Assembly: GCA_026026165.1 (NCBI GenBank)
Contig: JAPEUD010000002.1
Span: 186,001 to 250,000, forward strand
Direction of reading: 5' to 3'
DNA: 64,000 nt
From: Sarea resinae
Taxonomy: Eukaryota
The position numbers were made by a program, and so were the translations under genes. Shown here one piece after another: positions 52,080 to 64,000 of this stretch; position 1 is the stretch's first letter; the number at the start of each line of letters is the position of its first letter. The notes beneath the pieces were generated by a model, which saw only the letters and a program-made list of their open reading frames with translations, had not been told where the DNA came from and ran no database searches.

Positions 52080-52701
52080 TATGGGGCATGGGATATGTTG
52101 TTCCGGCTCGATAGCTGTTGTGGGCCAGGGTCAGGGTCAGGGTCAGGGTCAAGGTGTAGGGTCAAGGTGTAGGGTGGTGTAGGGGGTGTTGACGGGAGAG
52201 CACGTTTGCCTCGGTCTCAATCTCAAATCTCAATCTCGGTCTCAATTCTCACATCTCAAATCTCACCCTCAATCCCGACTTCAGTACAAAGTGCCCACAT
52301 GAGATTCAACGAGTTGGTAAAGAAAAAAGGAGCCATGAAAATCGCCCGAGACGAAAAGGACAAGACAAGGCCAGACCAGACCAGACGAGACGATTCATGG
52401 GCGCATCAAAGTGCACGCATGGCATGATAAGCTATATATGAGCTCGCGCAGCCTATGACAAAGAACCCGGCGCGAGGTTGACAAAACAAGGTAAAGGGGT
52501 CGCTTATCCCTCCTTTCCCATCTGCCACTGCGTTCGATGATGTCGGCGTCTTGTATCTCGCCCCCTTCCCCCGTACCCTCTTCCGCCACTGGCCCTGGTC
52601 CCGCCACTGGGGCCTTATCCACACGCCCCCTCTTCACACACACATCCCACACACACACCCCACATGCATATCCATCTCCAAAGTCCACCTCGCTCACTCA
52701 C

Positions 52702-53782
52702 TCACTGCTCCACCAACGGCTTCTTATCGATGTGGCCGTTGAACCACTCGGATTGATGCACGGCCTCTTTCTCAATCAGGCCCTTGGCCTTGAGCTCGGC
52801 CACGATGTCTTTGTACGGGCTTGACGACTGCAGTTTCGTGAAGGTGGCTTGGGTGGGTGTTCTAGAAAGCAGAGAGTGAGCGGAGGGGCGGGATAAGGGA
52901 GGGAGGGTGAGAAAGTGAGAGAAATGGTGATGGGGAGGGGAGGGGTGGTGTTGTATGTCTGGGCTCTGTGTTTGGGGGTTTGAGGGGGGAAGGGAGGGGG
53001 AAAGGGGGGATAGGATGGGATGCTGGTGATGGAGTGGTGTAGTGTGTTCGGTGCTAGGAGGACTGAGAGGAATGATGCATAAAAAGAGAGAAAAGGTACC
53101 TAATCCACAGAGTAACCAAGCCATCCCAACCCTTCGGTCCCTCAACCTCCCTGAGCACAAGGAAACTTCTGATATCGCGATCCGCCTTCGCCTGCTCGGC
53201 CAATTGATCAAAAGCCTTGATTACCTCAGCCTGGCCCCCCTTCTCCTTGCCGCCCTTGATGTAAAAGTGCACCACGCTGATGATACCGTCCGCGCCGTCG
53301 CTCTTGCCCTTTTCGGGGCCGCCCTCGCCCGTGCCCTCGCCCTCGCGCCGCAGGAACCCGCCCTCGCTCCAGTAGTGGTGCAGATCGTAGTCGGCGCGCA
53401 GCAGCTTCTGGTCGTCGACAATCTGCATCTGCTCCTTGAAGACGTCCGAGGCCGGGTGGCCGTCGAAGAACCCGGCCGCGTCCGTGTAGCCTTCTAGGCC
53501 CCAGAGCGATTCGCGTTCGACTTTGTCCGGAGACAGGGAGCGGGCCCAGTGGTAGGATGTCCCTCGTGGTTCGGTGGCGGAGACGGCGCAGAGGTGGATC
53601 AGGCGCTCGTACCACTGAAAGGGGAGAGGATGTTAGTTCCGAGTGAGGGTTGGGATTGGGATTGGGAATAAGATCGAGGAGGGAGAGGGCCGACGTACGC
53701 TGGGGAATGAGTTCTCGCTGCCCGGCACACGCGCGACGACATAGTAGCGGGACACGGGGGGGTAATTTGTAGTGGCTGCCAT
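52702..53782 (-). CDS. Putative ABM/dimeric alpha-beta barrel protein (3 exons)
   Basis: Spliced product MAATTNYPPVSRYYVVAR...WYERLIHLCAVSATEPRGTSYHWAR...LWGLEGYTDAAGFFDGHPAS... The EP.GT..Y, E.Y.D and H..S pattern resembles ABM-family monooxygenases, with a second degenerate repeat. Confidence 0.6.
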
Positions 53783-55220
53783 TGTGGCGGATTGGCTGTT
53801 CTCGTTGACGTTCTTCTTCTGCTTCTGTCTCTGCTCTGCGTATGCGCGCCTGTTCCGAGGATTTGTATCTCTGCAAGAGACGGTTCTCTGTCTGGTATAA
53901 AGGATGTCTGGTGTAAGAGGCCGTCCCCGATTAGTCAATGCCTCGGATGGATGGCGTCAGGTATCGAATCAGTGATGTTTATAAGCCAGGTAGGGTTGGG
54001 GAGGGGGGAGTGGGGTGGGCGGACGGGCGGGCGGTCTGGCGTCGTGTTATATCGTCAAGCGGGATGCTTCAGTCGTCCATCTGGCTCTCGAGTATACGTA
54101 TCAAATTACAACTGCACTGGCAGGTGAGCATAGAAGAGCGTCTTGAGAAAAGCTGGGGGAAGGAGGTCTATTTCGCGCAGAAAGGTCTGTAAGCACCGGG
54201 CGAACCTGGGATGCATTGACTGGTCTAAGCGTCTTCTTCTCCATCGACCTACCTAGGTGGTAGTACTGTTCTGTTCTGCTCTGCTCTGCTCTAGATTATC
54301 GGATTCTCTGCATGACCAATTGCGGAGGAAATGCCTGCTGGACTGCGCCTTGGTCGCCTTGGCCAACGTGAACCCCGCGGTGATATTGTGGGGAAGATGG
54401 CAGCTGGCGGGGTGCCGTGGTGGCGATCGTACAAAGTCCTCCCGCACAAGTATCCGATACAGGATCACTCTTCCGAGGTTGTTTGGCCGAGCCCCCTCCC
54501 TCCAGGTATTCGTACTCGACTGTTCAAGAGACACCGGGCAGCTTCCAGCTTAGCTTTGTCGTCTTCTCCCTCCAGTTCCCCCGCGGCATCCAGGTCCAAG
54601 TGGTTTGCCGGCAGCACTGCGCCTTCATGGCCCTCATCGCTCTGACCTTGGGTCGACCTTGGGTCGACCTTGGGTCGGTACTAGGTACTAGGTACCCTGT
54701 TCGGGGAGGTATTCGTAGTAGTCCGGAGCAGTCTTCACATCGTGCTCGTGCTGGATGCATTCATCCATGGATGGCTTCTCCCTGGGGTTGGAAGATGAAT
54801 CCATACTACTGAAGACGAAAAGTTCTGGAGACGAAAAGTTACAGGTCCGCTCGGAACCGAGGAAGCGCGTCGTCCCAGTCGTTCTGCGTCGGATAAATAT
54901 CGTCGTCTGGGTATGGATTTTGTGGGGGAGGGGGGGAGGCATGAGGTGGGGCCGCCCGGCTGACTCGTGAGTGAGTCGAGTCGCGAGCGAGTATGATGAT
55001 GGTGACGATCAAGCGAGTATCAAATGGTCAACAACGTCAATGAGCAGACTTTCACCGGGCAGTCTAGAACGCTGGATGATGCTCATGACTGAGCCACTCG
55101 ATTCAAGTCTACGGCATGACAGTGTCTATTACTCGATTCTAGAAATGATGTTTGGGTCTGTGTGGATGTGCTCCCGTTACCCATCTGCGCAGAACAAACA
55201 AACAGCCAATCACCATCTTA

Positions 55221-56206
55221 TCAAGCCGTGTAGCCTCCATCCACGGTCCATTTTCCTGCAGGAAAGAACATCATCAGCAAATGATACCAGATAGAAGGAA
55301 ATGATAGAGCCTCACCCCCTGTTACATATGATGCATCGTCGCTCAGTAAGAAGACCAAGACCTTGGCAACTTCCTCGGCCTTGCCCATGCGGCCGAGGAT
55401 GGTATCGCCGCCCATGGTATCGGCGGAGAAGAGACCCTTTGCCTCGCCATCGCGGAAGATCTGGGTATCAATCGGTCCACTAATTTGATCCCGTGTCAGC
55501 AGAGAGTCATCGAAAAAGCCCCCTCCCAAGTCTGTTGAAACGTACGGTAACAGTGAATTTATGCGCACGCCCTTCTTTCCGAACTCGCCAGCCGCCGACG
55601 ACGTCAACCCAATGACACCATGCTTGCTCGCGGCGTAGGCGGCACTGTGCGGTAGGCCGTGAATGCCCGACGTACTCGACACATTGACGATAGAACCGCC
55701 TGGCTTGGTGATCTTGGCCAGCTGGGCTCGCATGCACTGCATGACTCCCGTGAGGTTGATGTTCATGATAAACTCCCAATCTTTTTGTCTCTGCACTTGC
55801 ACATTAGCGCCATCACGGACACTCTTGGAACCTTTTCCGCTTACAATGGTCTCGACGGTGGTATCGCCTTCTCCTCCAGCTACACCAGCCACATTTGCGG
55901 CCCCGTCCAGTCTTCCAAATTCAGCGTAGGTATCCTCAATCCATTTCTCGACGTCCTCGTTGATCCGGACATCGAGTTTGCGAATTGTCACTTTGGCCTT
56001 GGGGGCGTATTTCTTGCCTATGCTGATCAGCTTTGCGGTGCCAATTTTCGAAGGACTGACTCACACAGCTCTTCGGTCGTCTTCAAACCAGCTTCGTTCA
56101 CGTCGCTGATAGCGACGCCAGCTGCTCCGAGCTCAGCGAGCCGGACGGCGGTGGCTTGTCCAATGCCCGAGGCTGCTCCGGTGACTGTGTAGACTCTGCC
56201 TTCCAT
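55221..56206 (-). CDS. Short-chain dehydrogenase/reductase (multi-exon)
   Basis: TGAASGIG, N.AG, IVNVSS, YAASK, RINSLLP-GPIDT, ASYVTG, VDGG. Confidence 0.93.
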
Positions 56207-56694
56207 TTTGTATGTGTTATATATGATATCCTGAGAAAGCTAATATCAAGATACGAGGAGTAATTTGACGATCTTGTTGCGATGGGAGTATGCACCCTAA
56301 TAAACAAGGCGGCCTGAGCCATTGAATGCGGGGGATCGGAGCGGCCCCTCCCCGTTTGGACAGGGCTTCAGGCCATTTGGCCGAATTGTGGCACAAACGG
56401 GATGCGGGACTGCCAGGCCTTGACTCGCTCCCTCAGTGCATCCGTGGGGTTTTGTCAGGGACCACCTCCAAAAGTGGACCATACTTGAAGGACGAGGGAG
56501 CTTTCTGTCATCCATGCCTGACGCAGCACAGCACAGGAGAGCTCGGTTCGCCCGTCAGCGCCTCGGAGAAACTTTGGGACGTGGAGTCCAAGGAACCTCG
56601 ATCTAATTCAAGGGCGTTACCCCACAATCCATATTTTGCACCTAAGCTATGCATGCACACAGGTATCTCTACTCCGGAGTATGTACCCGGTACT

Positions 56695-57580
56695 TTAGTT
56701 CCCCGCAGGGATCCCCAACGTCATTCCTCCATCTACAGGAAGCAACTGCCCGGTGATCCACTGCGACTGCGGCAGACAGAAAAATAGCACGGCACCAGCG
56801 ATATCCGCAGCCTTCCCCAACCTTGGCCAAGGAGTCGCTTTGTTCATCACAGAGACAATATCCTTGTTCTCAATATTTCCTCGTGCCATGCCCGTGGCTA
56901 CCACTCCCGGAGCCACGCAGTTGATGTTGATGGCGTCCTTGGCGTGATCAATGGCACCAGCACGGGTCATATGGTTGATAGATGCTTTCGTAGCAGAATA
57001 GGCCACCTCTCCAGCGAAGGCGATATGACCGGCGCAAGATGAGATGTTCACGATGCGGCCACGGCTCCCCCACACCGGATCGACTTCTTGCTTGAGGAAT
57101 TGGCGGATTGCAAGCCGCGAAGCCTTGGCTGTGCCCAAAGTGTTGACCGCCACCATCTTCTCCCACAACGTATCGTCTTCCTCGACGAAGTCGCGGAACG
57201 GTGCCCAGTATCCCGCACAGTTGATCAGGATATCGAGTCGTCCGAATTCCTGGTGGATGCCCATCAATATCCTCACGTAGCCCGTAATCAAGTTGTTAGG
57301 GCTCTCTTACCGATATGCCTTTGGCAAAAGCGGCCTCTACTTCATCCGGCTTGGAGAGGTCGGTTTTTTGGAAGATAGCATGTCCACCGTTGCGGACGAT
57401 GAGATCTGAGGTCGTCGTATCCAAGTTTTCTTCATAGCCACGCGGATTGGCCTCTGCCCTTAGATCACAGCAGACAAGCTTTGCCCCTTCCTGAGCAAGT
57501 CCCAGAGCGATCGCTCGGCCCATCCCAGAAGAAGCTCCCGTCACCAGCGCGACTTTGTTATCCAATGGTCTAGCGGACAT
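56695..57580 (-). CDS. Short-chain dehydrogenase/reductase (one intron near 57253-57310)
   Basis: TGASSGMG, LDILINCAG, IVNISS, YSATK, INCVAPG, WITGQLLPVDGG. Confidence 0.93.
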
Positions 57581-58234
57581 GATGGGCAGGATTGACGATG
57601 AAAAGCTGAAGAACCGAAAAAACGTGAATGAAGCAATCAGAAAACTCAAGCCTCAATGTTGTGGGGAGTTGACGGGTATATCATGGATGGATACTTGGAC
57701 CGGACGCTTAGGTCAACAAAAGTATTATAGCCATTAGCGTAGCACAAATCTCGACCTCTCCACTTCAGAGTAGCCGCGGGTGCACGCACATAGGACCTCG
57801 GGCCCGAGGGCCCACAGCGCCCATGGCACTCGAGACCCTCGGCTCCGCAGGACCTCGATTAGCAATCTCAAAGCTATTACTCTATCTCTCGAACAATTGA
57901 TGTTGCTGTGGCAGAAGATGGCCCGAGTAATCTGTAGATACGCGCCTTGCTGCCTACAGGAGTACCTAAAGTAGCCTTCGGACTAACATTGACACCCTGT
58001 GACGATTATCAATTTGGCGAGTCGCGGGGTCGTGGGGTTTGTGGAGAAATCTGGGGCTTGCAGGTCGATCCCGACTCAGTCACCCCTAATGCCAAGAAGC
58101 AAGATATAAACAATGGCTCCCCACAGCATCTTCGGAGTCTGGCATTGAAATCAGAAAATATTCATCAGACCTATCCTGTACTTCTTCCTAAAGCCACACT
58201 TCCGTTCCAACTCAACAGCTACAAGCAATTCAAG

Positions 58235-58951
58235 ATGCCTAACGCCGCCGGCTGGGTTCAAGATGACGTAAAATTCCTTCTCTTCCTCTCTGTGCATACA
58301 AAAATCAACTAACATTCCAGAATTACAGAAGGAGTACAGCTCCGTCGACGCAGAGCTGAAGCTGCTAGACATGCCCAAGAGCAGGGTGGGCCATTTTATT
58401 CTTCACAAGATCAATCTATTCCCTAGTACTGGAACCGCAGACTAACATACTCCGCCTTGTCCATCCAGGACCACGACCCTCGCTTCAAGAAAGAGGAAGA
58501 AGAGGTCCTCGAGTTCTACAAGGGCTGGCTCCACTACTGGAACCACATCTCGCGGCACGACGCTAAGAACGGCATGGCTGGAGCCCGCGAGTTCTACGAC
58601 TTTGACGAAGCCCTCAGCTACGACATGTTTGGCAACACAAACCGCGGCCGTTTCTCGGAGCACTTTGAGGCCATCTTTCCCTACTGGGTCGACGGCCACA
58701 TGGAGTACAAGGACCTCGAGATCACCGTGGTATCGCCCGACTTTGCGTACTCGACCATGTTGCAGCATACGTGGGGCACAGCTGGAGGATCGGCATTTGA
58801 CACCGCCTTCAGGCGGACAGGCATTGCTAAGAAGAGGGATGGAAAGTGGAAGTGGATCCATGAACATCTGTCTTTCCCGGTCGATATGAAGACGAGACAG
58901 GGAGACTTCACTGCGAGCTTGAAGCCTGAGGACGCTTTCAAGCTCCAGTAG
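58235..58951 (+). CDS. SnoaL-like / NTF2-fold protein (3 exons)
   Basis: Small protein with DLEITVVSPDFAYS...RRTGIAKKRDGKWKWIHEHLSFPVDM, the C-terminal pattern of SnoaL/ketosteroid-isomerase-like proteins. Two short introns before 58469. Confidence 0.75.
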
Positions 58952-59360
58952 AGGTGTCGGGCGTGTCGTCGTATGTGGGGCCCTGTAACGCTTTGTAGCT
59001 AGCTATGTCCGCTCTTTCGAGCCATCTTATGAAATAACATTCTGCATGCAAAACAGACAAGTCCGTTCTGGCTCAGATCGCGGGATCTGTTTGATAATTG
59101 TGAAATGCGGGCCTGTGCTTGGTAAAAGGGAAATTGATAGAGGGAACCCAATTCTTGCTTGACTGGTTGGTATTCAAGCACCGGTCCGTCTGAAGACACA
59201 AGGAAGATGGCCAGGAGGGAACCATGGCGTCTATTTTGGAGGTGTGCATTCCTTCATCATCTATATGCTTTTTGATTCACTCGTTTCCTCTTAACCCTTG
59301 GCGAGTGGCGCGGCTATGTCAGGTTTCCCCTGAATGCTCGATCGCCGTAATGCGTCATCG

Positions 59361-60146
59361 TTACAAGTCCCGAATCTTTATTTCATCCAGATGCTTCGGA
59401 TCCATGGGGTTTGGTGGCGGATCATTTCGATCATTCCCGCTACGGTAAACTGCCATAATCAATTTTGCGAGCTTGTCGGTGTCACTTCCCAACAGAGGCA
59501 GATTGTGGCCACCAGAGAAATCCATAACGGAGGCATGGAGTGGGTCGAAGAAACGAGCGAGAAGAAGCTTGCTCTCCATGCGCCAAGGGTCATGAGACCC
59601 ATGGAGATGAACGGTCGGTGTCGAGACGAGATCATGGCGACGAACATCGGATTTCGAGACCGATTGAGGTGATGGAGTGCTCCATTGTATGGCTGGAAAG
59701 GTTCCGCAAAGGAACACTCCGAAATGAAGGTAATCTCTACAGATGCCAGTTCTCTCGTCTTCGAGGCGTTGCTCTTCCTCTCTAAGTAACAGACCCGCCG
59801 CAATTCGAGCACCTTGCGAGAACCCCAGCACGCCAGCAAAGGGTCCTTGCTCTTGAAGGACGTCATCCAGAATAGCTTGGACGACTTCCAATTGCTTTGC
59901 CTCTTGCTGTTCACTTTGCCCATCCCTCAGCCATTCGGAGAAGGGCCCCGAACCTTCGAAAATAGGAAGCACGCCAGGTCCAGCCTCGCACTCGAATGGA
60001 GCGTCCACAAAGACGAAACGGAAGTCATTACGCAGCGCATGTCGCAATTTGCGAGTCTGGATAGAGAAGATGGCCGCAGATGAACCACCACCGTGAAGGC
60101 ATAGTATCTTGGGTAGACGATGATCTTTTGAGATAAGACCAGACAT
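59361..60146 (-). CDS. FSH1-family serine hydrolase (LovG-like esterase)
   Basis: KILCLHGGGSS, FRFVFVDAPF, GVLGFSQG (nucleophile), HLHG.HDPW, GGHNLP. Likely start MSGLISK at 60146. Confidence 0.9.
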   Translation of the reverse strand: MSGLISKDHRLPKILCLHGGGSSAAIFSIQTRKLRHALRNDFRFVFVDAPFECEAGPGVLPIFEGSGPFSEWLRDGQSEQQEAKQLEVVQAILDDVLQEQGPFAGVLGFSQGARIAAGLLLREEEQRLEDERTGICRDYLHFGVFLCGTFPAIQWSTPSPQSVSKSDVRRHDLVSTPTVHLHGSHDPWRMESKLLLARFFDPLHASVMDFSGGHNLPLLGSDTDKLAKLIMAVYRSGNDRNDPPPNPMDPKHLDEIKIRDL

Positions 60147-60310
60147 GTTCGTTTTGGTTCTGATCTGGGGAGCCCGTCGGGTATGTGTGCCGACCGATGG
60201 ATGGGCAATCCATCTGCTTCCCGGGCATATGAATAACCGCTTACCCTCGATTCGGCGACTTGTTCTCGGGCGTCCAAAAGCCGCCGAAATGGCCGAGGCA
60301 CCACCACGAC

Positions 60311-60357
60311 CATAAGATCCATAAGATCCATAAGATCCATAAGATCCATAAGATCCT
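60311..60357. repeat. 9-bp tandem repeat (CATAAGATC)x5
   Basis: Seen directly upstream of the FSH1 gene. Confidence 0.85.
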
Positions 60358-61444
60358 TGAAATCCATGGATGGCAGCCAAAGTACGGCAAACAATCTAGA
60401 CATGATGGGGGCCAACAGGTCGGATGTGTAGATGGGGGCCAACAGGTCGAATGTGTATGAAGTAGATGGGCATCGATAGATGACTCCATTCTGGTGCCCG
60501 CCTGGGAGCAGGTGGCTGCGGCACAAGATGCAGACCAGTCGAGTTTACATACTACCTACTGCGTCTGTAGTACAGCTGTCCAGATTGATTACCTAGTCGA
60601 TACCCTAAGGTATAGTAGGTAGCACTCGGATTATCCGAGCCAGAATGAGACCGACATAGCCCGTCGTCATTCGTACATGAGTCCTTCATACGTCGTGAGG
60701 TGGTGATGGATCAATTCCTGTTCCTTGCTCATGCATTCAGGCCTCCCCTATGTTCCCCTTGTCCGCCTTGAGATCCAACTTTCGCCCTGTCAGGATCAGC
60801 TCCGGGAAGAGCGCTGGGACGACGTGCATTGACGACGTCCTGTCCTTGACCGTCACCTTCGTCCCTCTTGCGCGGCATCTGAGATCTCTTTCGCGGGAAT
60901 TGACGCGAATGAAAGCGGTAGCGAAGAAATGGTAACATTATTTGCTGACCGGAACAAGGAGTCTGACATGCGACGTTCATTCATCGGGTCTCGAGAGAGA
61001 GTCAATTGCTGGTTTGACGAGCCATGGATGGATTGTACGCTGTTGCGATCGCCGTACCACTGCTCTACCATCTTCACCTTCCGCAATAGGAAGATGCATG
61101 ACATCCATGGATGGAGAATGCGGCTGTTGGCTGCGGTATGGATCAAATGCATCCTCTAATTCATGTCTCGCGGGCTGCGTGCAAGCGTCATCAGGTGAGA
61201 TTGACTGCTCTGGAATCGGTCTTACAGCCTGGAAGTACGTGGTTACCTACCTCCTACCTTGCGAAATGTGCCTTGTGTTACCGCGCGAAGGGAAAAGAGT
61301 CAGCGCGCTTCTGGGGCCTCTCTGAGTTCGCATCTGAGGATGTTGGAAAAATGTACGGCTGAACCAGATTGGTACGAGTTAAATTCGGAGCAGTAGCCCG
61401 GCGAAATCTAAGCGTGTCAGGGCTCGTCGAGCAACTCAGTCACG

Positions 61445-63418
61445 ATGGATTCACCGTGCGATGCAGAGAGAGTCGGAGAGCCGCCGAAGAGGTTGGCATG
61501 CGATCGATGCCACTCCCAGAAACTGCGCTGCCGGCGAGGAACGTCCGACGCCGGATCATGTGCTCGATGTCTCAGAGCGGGTGCCAAATGTGTCTATAGC
61601 CCACCACTGCGTAGTGGCAGGCCCAGCAATGAAAGTAGACAAAAAGCCAAAGATGGAAAAGCACAAAGGAAGGGAGAAAGAGTGCTATCGTCGAGGTCCT
61701 CGAGCTCCTCGAGCTCCTCGAGCTCCTCGAGCTCGTCGGGGTCGTCGGGGTCATCGGGGCCGTCGAGATCGCCGTCAGAACACAGATGCACGCACGCCCA
61801 GGAGGCTTCAGCTGAACGGCAGACTGCCATAGTCGATAGGAATGCCAAGCGAAGGCGAATCGTCCCGGAGGACTTGAGCCACGAGGACGATCTTCAACTC
61901 CTGTTCACCTCTTCAGACGGCCAATTCCAAGCTCCGGAGGGTGCGCCTGCAAACACTCCCGCGGATGTGTTACTACCATCGAAAGACCACAACCTTGGCC
62001 TCTTGTCGCCACCATCAACGACCTACTTTGGCACCGAGCAGTCCGAAACATTCGACTGGTTGACTCCTCTTGACGACTATGCCTCGCCGTCTCAACAGCC
62101 CTGTCCGTGGTGGGGCCACCAGGTCGATCCAGCTCTTGGCCAAATCCCCTCACTTCCCAGCACATCCGTTGCCGAGAGCTCCATGGATCCATTTGAGACT
62201 TTCGTTGACTCCTCGATGCCCTCGCCCCAGACCGACTTCTCGACGCCGAATCATCGGCCTAATAAGCCACACCTGCTCCTTTCCGGTAGTGGCACCAGTC
62301 CAGATGAACAGAGTAAGACGCGAGAGGATCAGAGTTCAGTTCAACGGCAAGCCCACGACGAGCTTCACTCTGCTGCCCAGGATACTCCTATACTCCCGGC
62401 GGTGGATGTCAAGTACGGATGTATTCGGCACCTATCTGATCTCCACCTCCACCTTTACCAACTCTCCACGTGCATTACACCATCCATAGTCCAGGACCAA
62501 GGATGCGGTTCTCCGCCGCGCAACTCGTCAAGCACCAGAAGACCTCTTCACTCCTCTGAAGAGCACATTTCGAAGCCGCAACGTCGAGAATTTCGCATCG
62601 ACGCGATCCTCGTAGCTTCTCAAACCCTGGTCGAGATCCTTCGAAAGCTGGCCCAAGCAACCTCGGCATGTCCCTCGCAGAGCCAGCCGTCGAACTCACC
62701 AACCATCGCAGACACTCCGCACCCTCATCGGTCCTTCACAGAGCTCCCTCACCATGCTCGTGAACCATTTCCGCCATCTCCCAACTCATCTGGTCCCGTA
62801 CCATCGCCGTCACCGTCCTCGCACCGCCACCAATCCTTCGACACCGCAACCGCACTCCTGATCCTCACCGTCTACACGCGCCTGCACCAGATCTACGACA
62901 CCTTCCTCCGCTCCCTACATGACTCGCTCGACCCATCCGCCCCGCTCTCCAGCACCGGCCTCAGCCTGCCCGGGATCCAAGTCGGCGCCTTCTCCACGAC
63001 GGCCACCACGACATCGGCCTCGCACCTCGAAGTCGTCGTCACCCTGCAGCTGATCTCGCACTCCTTGCTCGACATCGAAAAGGCCGTGCAGAGATTGCCC
63101 ACCGCATCCACATGCTGTGCTGTCGTCGGGGTCGCCAACGACGGCGGTAGCCTAGGCAGCAATGGCGGGCCCCGCCCCCGTTCGCTGAAAACGGGCCGCC
63201 GCGCAGCAGCAGAGAGGATCAAAGGAACCACCACCACCTCCTCCTCCTCCTCCTCCTCCTCCTTCTCTTGTCCTTTCCATTCCCCAGCCGTGGCTGGCAG
63301 TCGGACCCAGCCCGCCCTGTCCTACGTGTGTGAGCGAGTGGTGGCGGACGTGCGGAGCGGGGCCAAGGCTCTGAGACAACGGATCCGAACCGTCAAGGCG
63401 CTGATCAGACATTCATGA
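61445..63418 (+). CDS. Zn(II)2Cys6 transcription factor, pathway-specific-regulator type
   Basis: ACDRCHSQKLRC...CARCLRAGAKCVYS...GRP. Intronless 657 aa. C-terminal helical region (LSDLHLHLY, DTATALLILTVYTRL, LPGIQVGAF) of the kind seen in cluster regulators. Confidence 0.93.
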   Translation: MDSPCDAERVGEPPKRLACDRCHSQKLRCRRGTSDAGSCARCLRAGAKCVYSPPLRSGRPSNESRQKAKDGKAQRKGERVLSSRSSSSSSSSSSSSSSGSSGSSGPSRSPSEHRCTHAQEASAERQTAIVDRNAKRRRIVPEDLSHEDDLQLLFTSSDGQFQAPEGAPANTPADVLLPSKDHNLGLLSPPSTTYFGTEQSETFDWLTPLDDYASPSQQPCPWWGHQVDPALGQIPSLPSTSVAESSMDPFETFVDSSMPSPQTDFSTPNHRPNKPHLLLSGSGTSPDEQSKTREDQSSVQRQAHDELHSAAQDTPILPAVDVKYGCIRHLSDLHLHLYQLSTCITPSIVQDQGCGSPPRNSSSTRRPLHSSEEHISKPQRREFRIDAILVASQTLVEILRKLAQATSACPSQSQPSNSPTIADTPHPHRSFTELPHHAREPFPPSPNSSGPVPSPSPSSHRHQSFDTATALLILTVYTRLHQIYDTFLRSLHDSLDPSAPLSSTGLSLPGIQVGAFSTTATTTSASHLEVVVTLQLISHSLLDIEKAVQRLPTASTCCAVVGVANDGGSLGSNGGPRPRSLKTGRRAAAERIKGTTTTSSSSSSSSFSCPFHSPAVAGSRTQPALSYVCERVVADVRSGAKALRQRIRTVKALIRHS

Positions 63419-63935
63419 GCCACGAGCCACGAGCCGCGAACCCTGCCGGGAGCAGGGTAGACGCGAATCGTAAAAAAGCAAAAAGGGGGGGGGGGGGGAA
63501 TAAATGGAAATGAAAATGCAATCTACAGGGCTCTCTCTCCTAGACGCCTGGATTCGAGAAAAACCCTCTTCCCTCGAACGAGAAACACAATCTCTCCTTT
63601 TCATGTATATACAAACCCCCCCTTTCCGCTTCTAGATAGACCAGCATAGACCAGCATAATAGAAGAAGACAGGTAGATGTGTGCGTCAGCGATATGATGT
63701 GAACGAATGAATGGATCTAATGAAGGAGACATGGATGGCTGTTGTTATGTTCTGGGATACGAGCTACGAGCTACGAGCTACGGGGTCTGGTTATACGATC
63801 AAGTCGGGGGCCGGGGGGTTTCGGTCGGATATGGCCTCTCCTTTCGGTTTCGTGCTTGATATAGTAGTGAGTAAGTTGTACGGTACTTTACTTTACTGGA
63901 CTCCTTTCTGCTTCACTACCTTGGGTACGGTTCAG

Positions 63936-64000
63936 TACTCACTACTCACTGCTCACTACTCACTGCTCACTACTCACTGCTCACTACTCACTGCTCACTA
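63936..64000. repeat. Minisatellite (CACTACTCACTGCT)n running off the window end
   Basis: Alternating 7-mers CACTACT and CACTGCT. Confidence 0.85.

Noticed and set aside
51483..52182. Pro/His/Gly-rich ORFs overlapping ureG intron 2 and the poly-G tract
   Set aside because: Translations of low-complexity intron and UTR sequence; the 62-nt G run may also be inflated by sequencing or assembly.
54253..54970. Small gene between the ABM-like and SDR genes
   Set aside because: Short overlapping ORFs on both strands with no recognisable motif or consistent splice model.
59459..63412. Numerous antisense or alternative-frame ORFs over the SDR, FSH1 and Zn2Cys6 genes
   Set aside because: Shadows of GC-rich real coding sequence with no independent motifs.
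63936..64000. Telomeric repeat
   Set aside because: The unit is not TTAGGG-like; best treated as a minisatellite.

Overview
Filamentous ascomycete (Pezizomycotina-like) genomic DNA, with short GT-AG introns and strong RIP-type C>T/G>A mutation. It has two parts. (1) About 1-40.7 kb is a RIP-damaged nest of transposons that I could reconstruct from terminal repeats and target-site duplications. An old hAT element (8416-10200 + 37202-38818) received two diverged Ty3/Gypsy LTR retrotransposons (A: <1-8415, +; B: 10201-37201, -). B in turn received two complete 7.5-kb copies of the same hAT element (13074-20622; 26854-34429). Both families carry unusual cargo. Each Gypsy has a ~1,100-codon extra ORF between pol and the 3' LTR with a PhyH-like 2OG-Fe(II) dioxygenase core. 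The hAT carries a spliced, divergent histone H3-like gene and an unknown gene on either side of a quasi-palindromic intergenic region, and most of its introns contain the same bipartite GTAAC motif. (2) About 41-64 kb is host gene space: a C2H2 transcription-factor gene damaged by apparent RIP leakage, a convergent pair of nucleotidyltransferase-fold genes, a degenerate ORF region, ureG, and one flank of a probable secondary-metabolite cluster (ABM-like, two SDRs, SnoaL-like, FSH1 hydrolase, Zn2Cys6 regulator). All domain calls are by-eye motif recognition; no searches were run.
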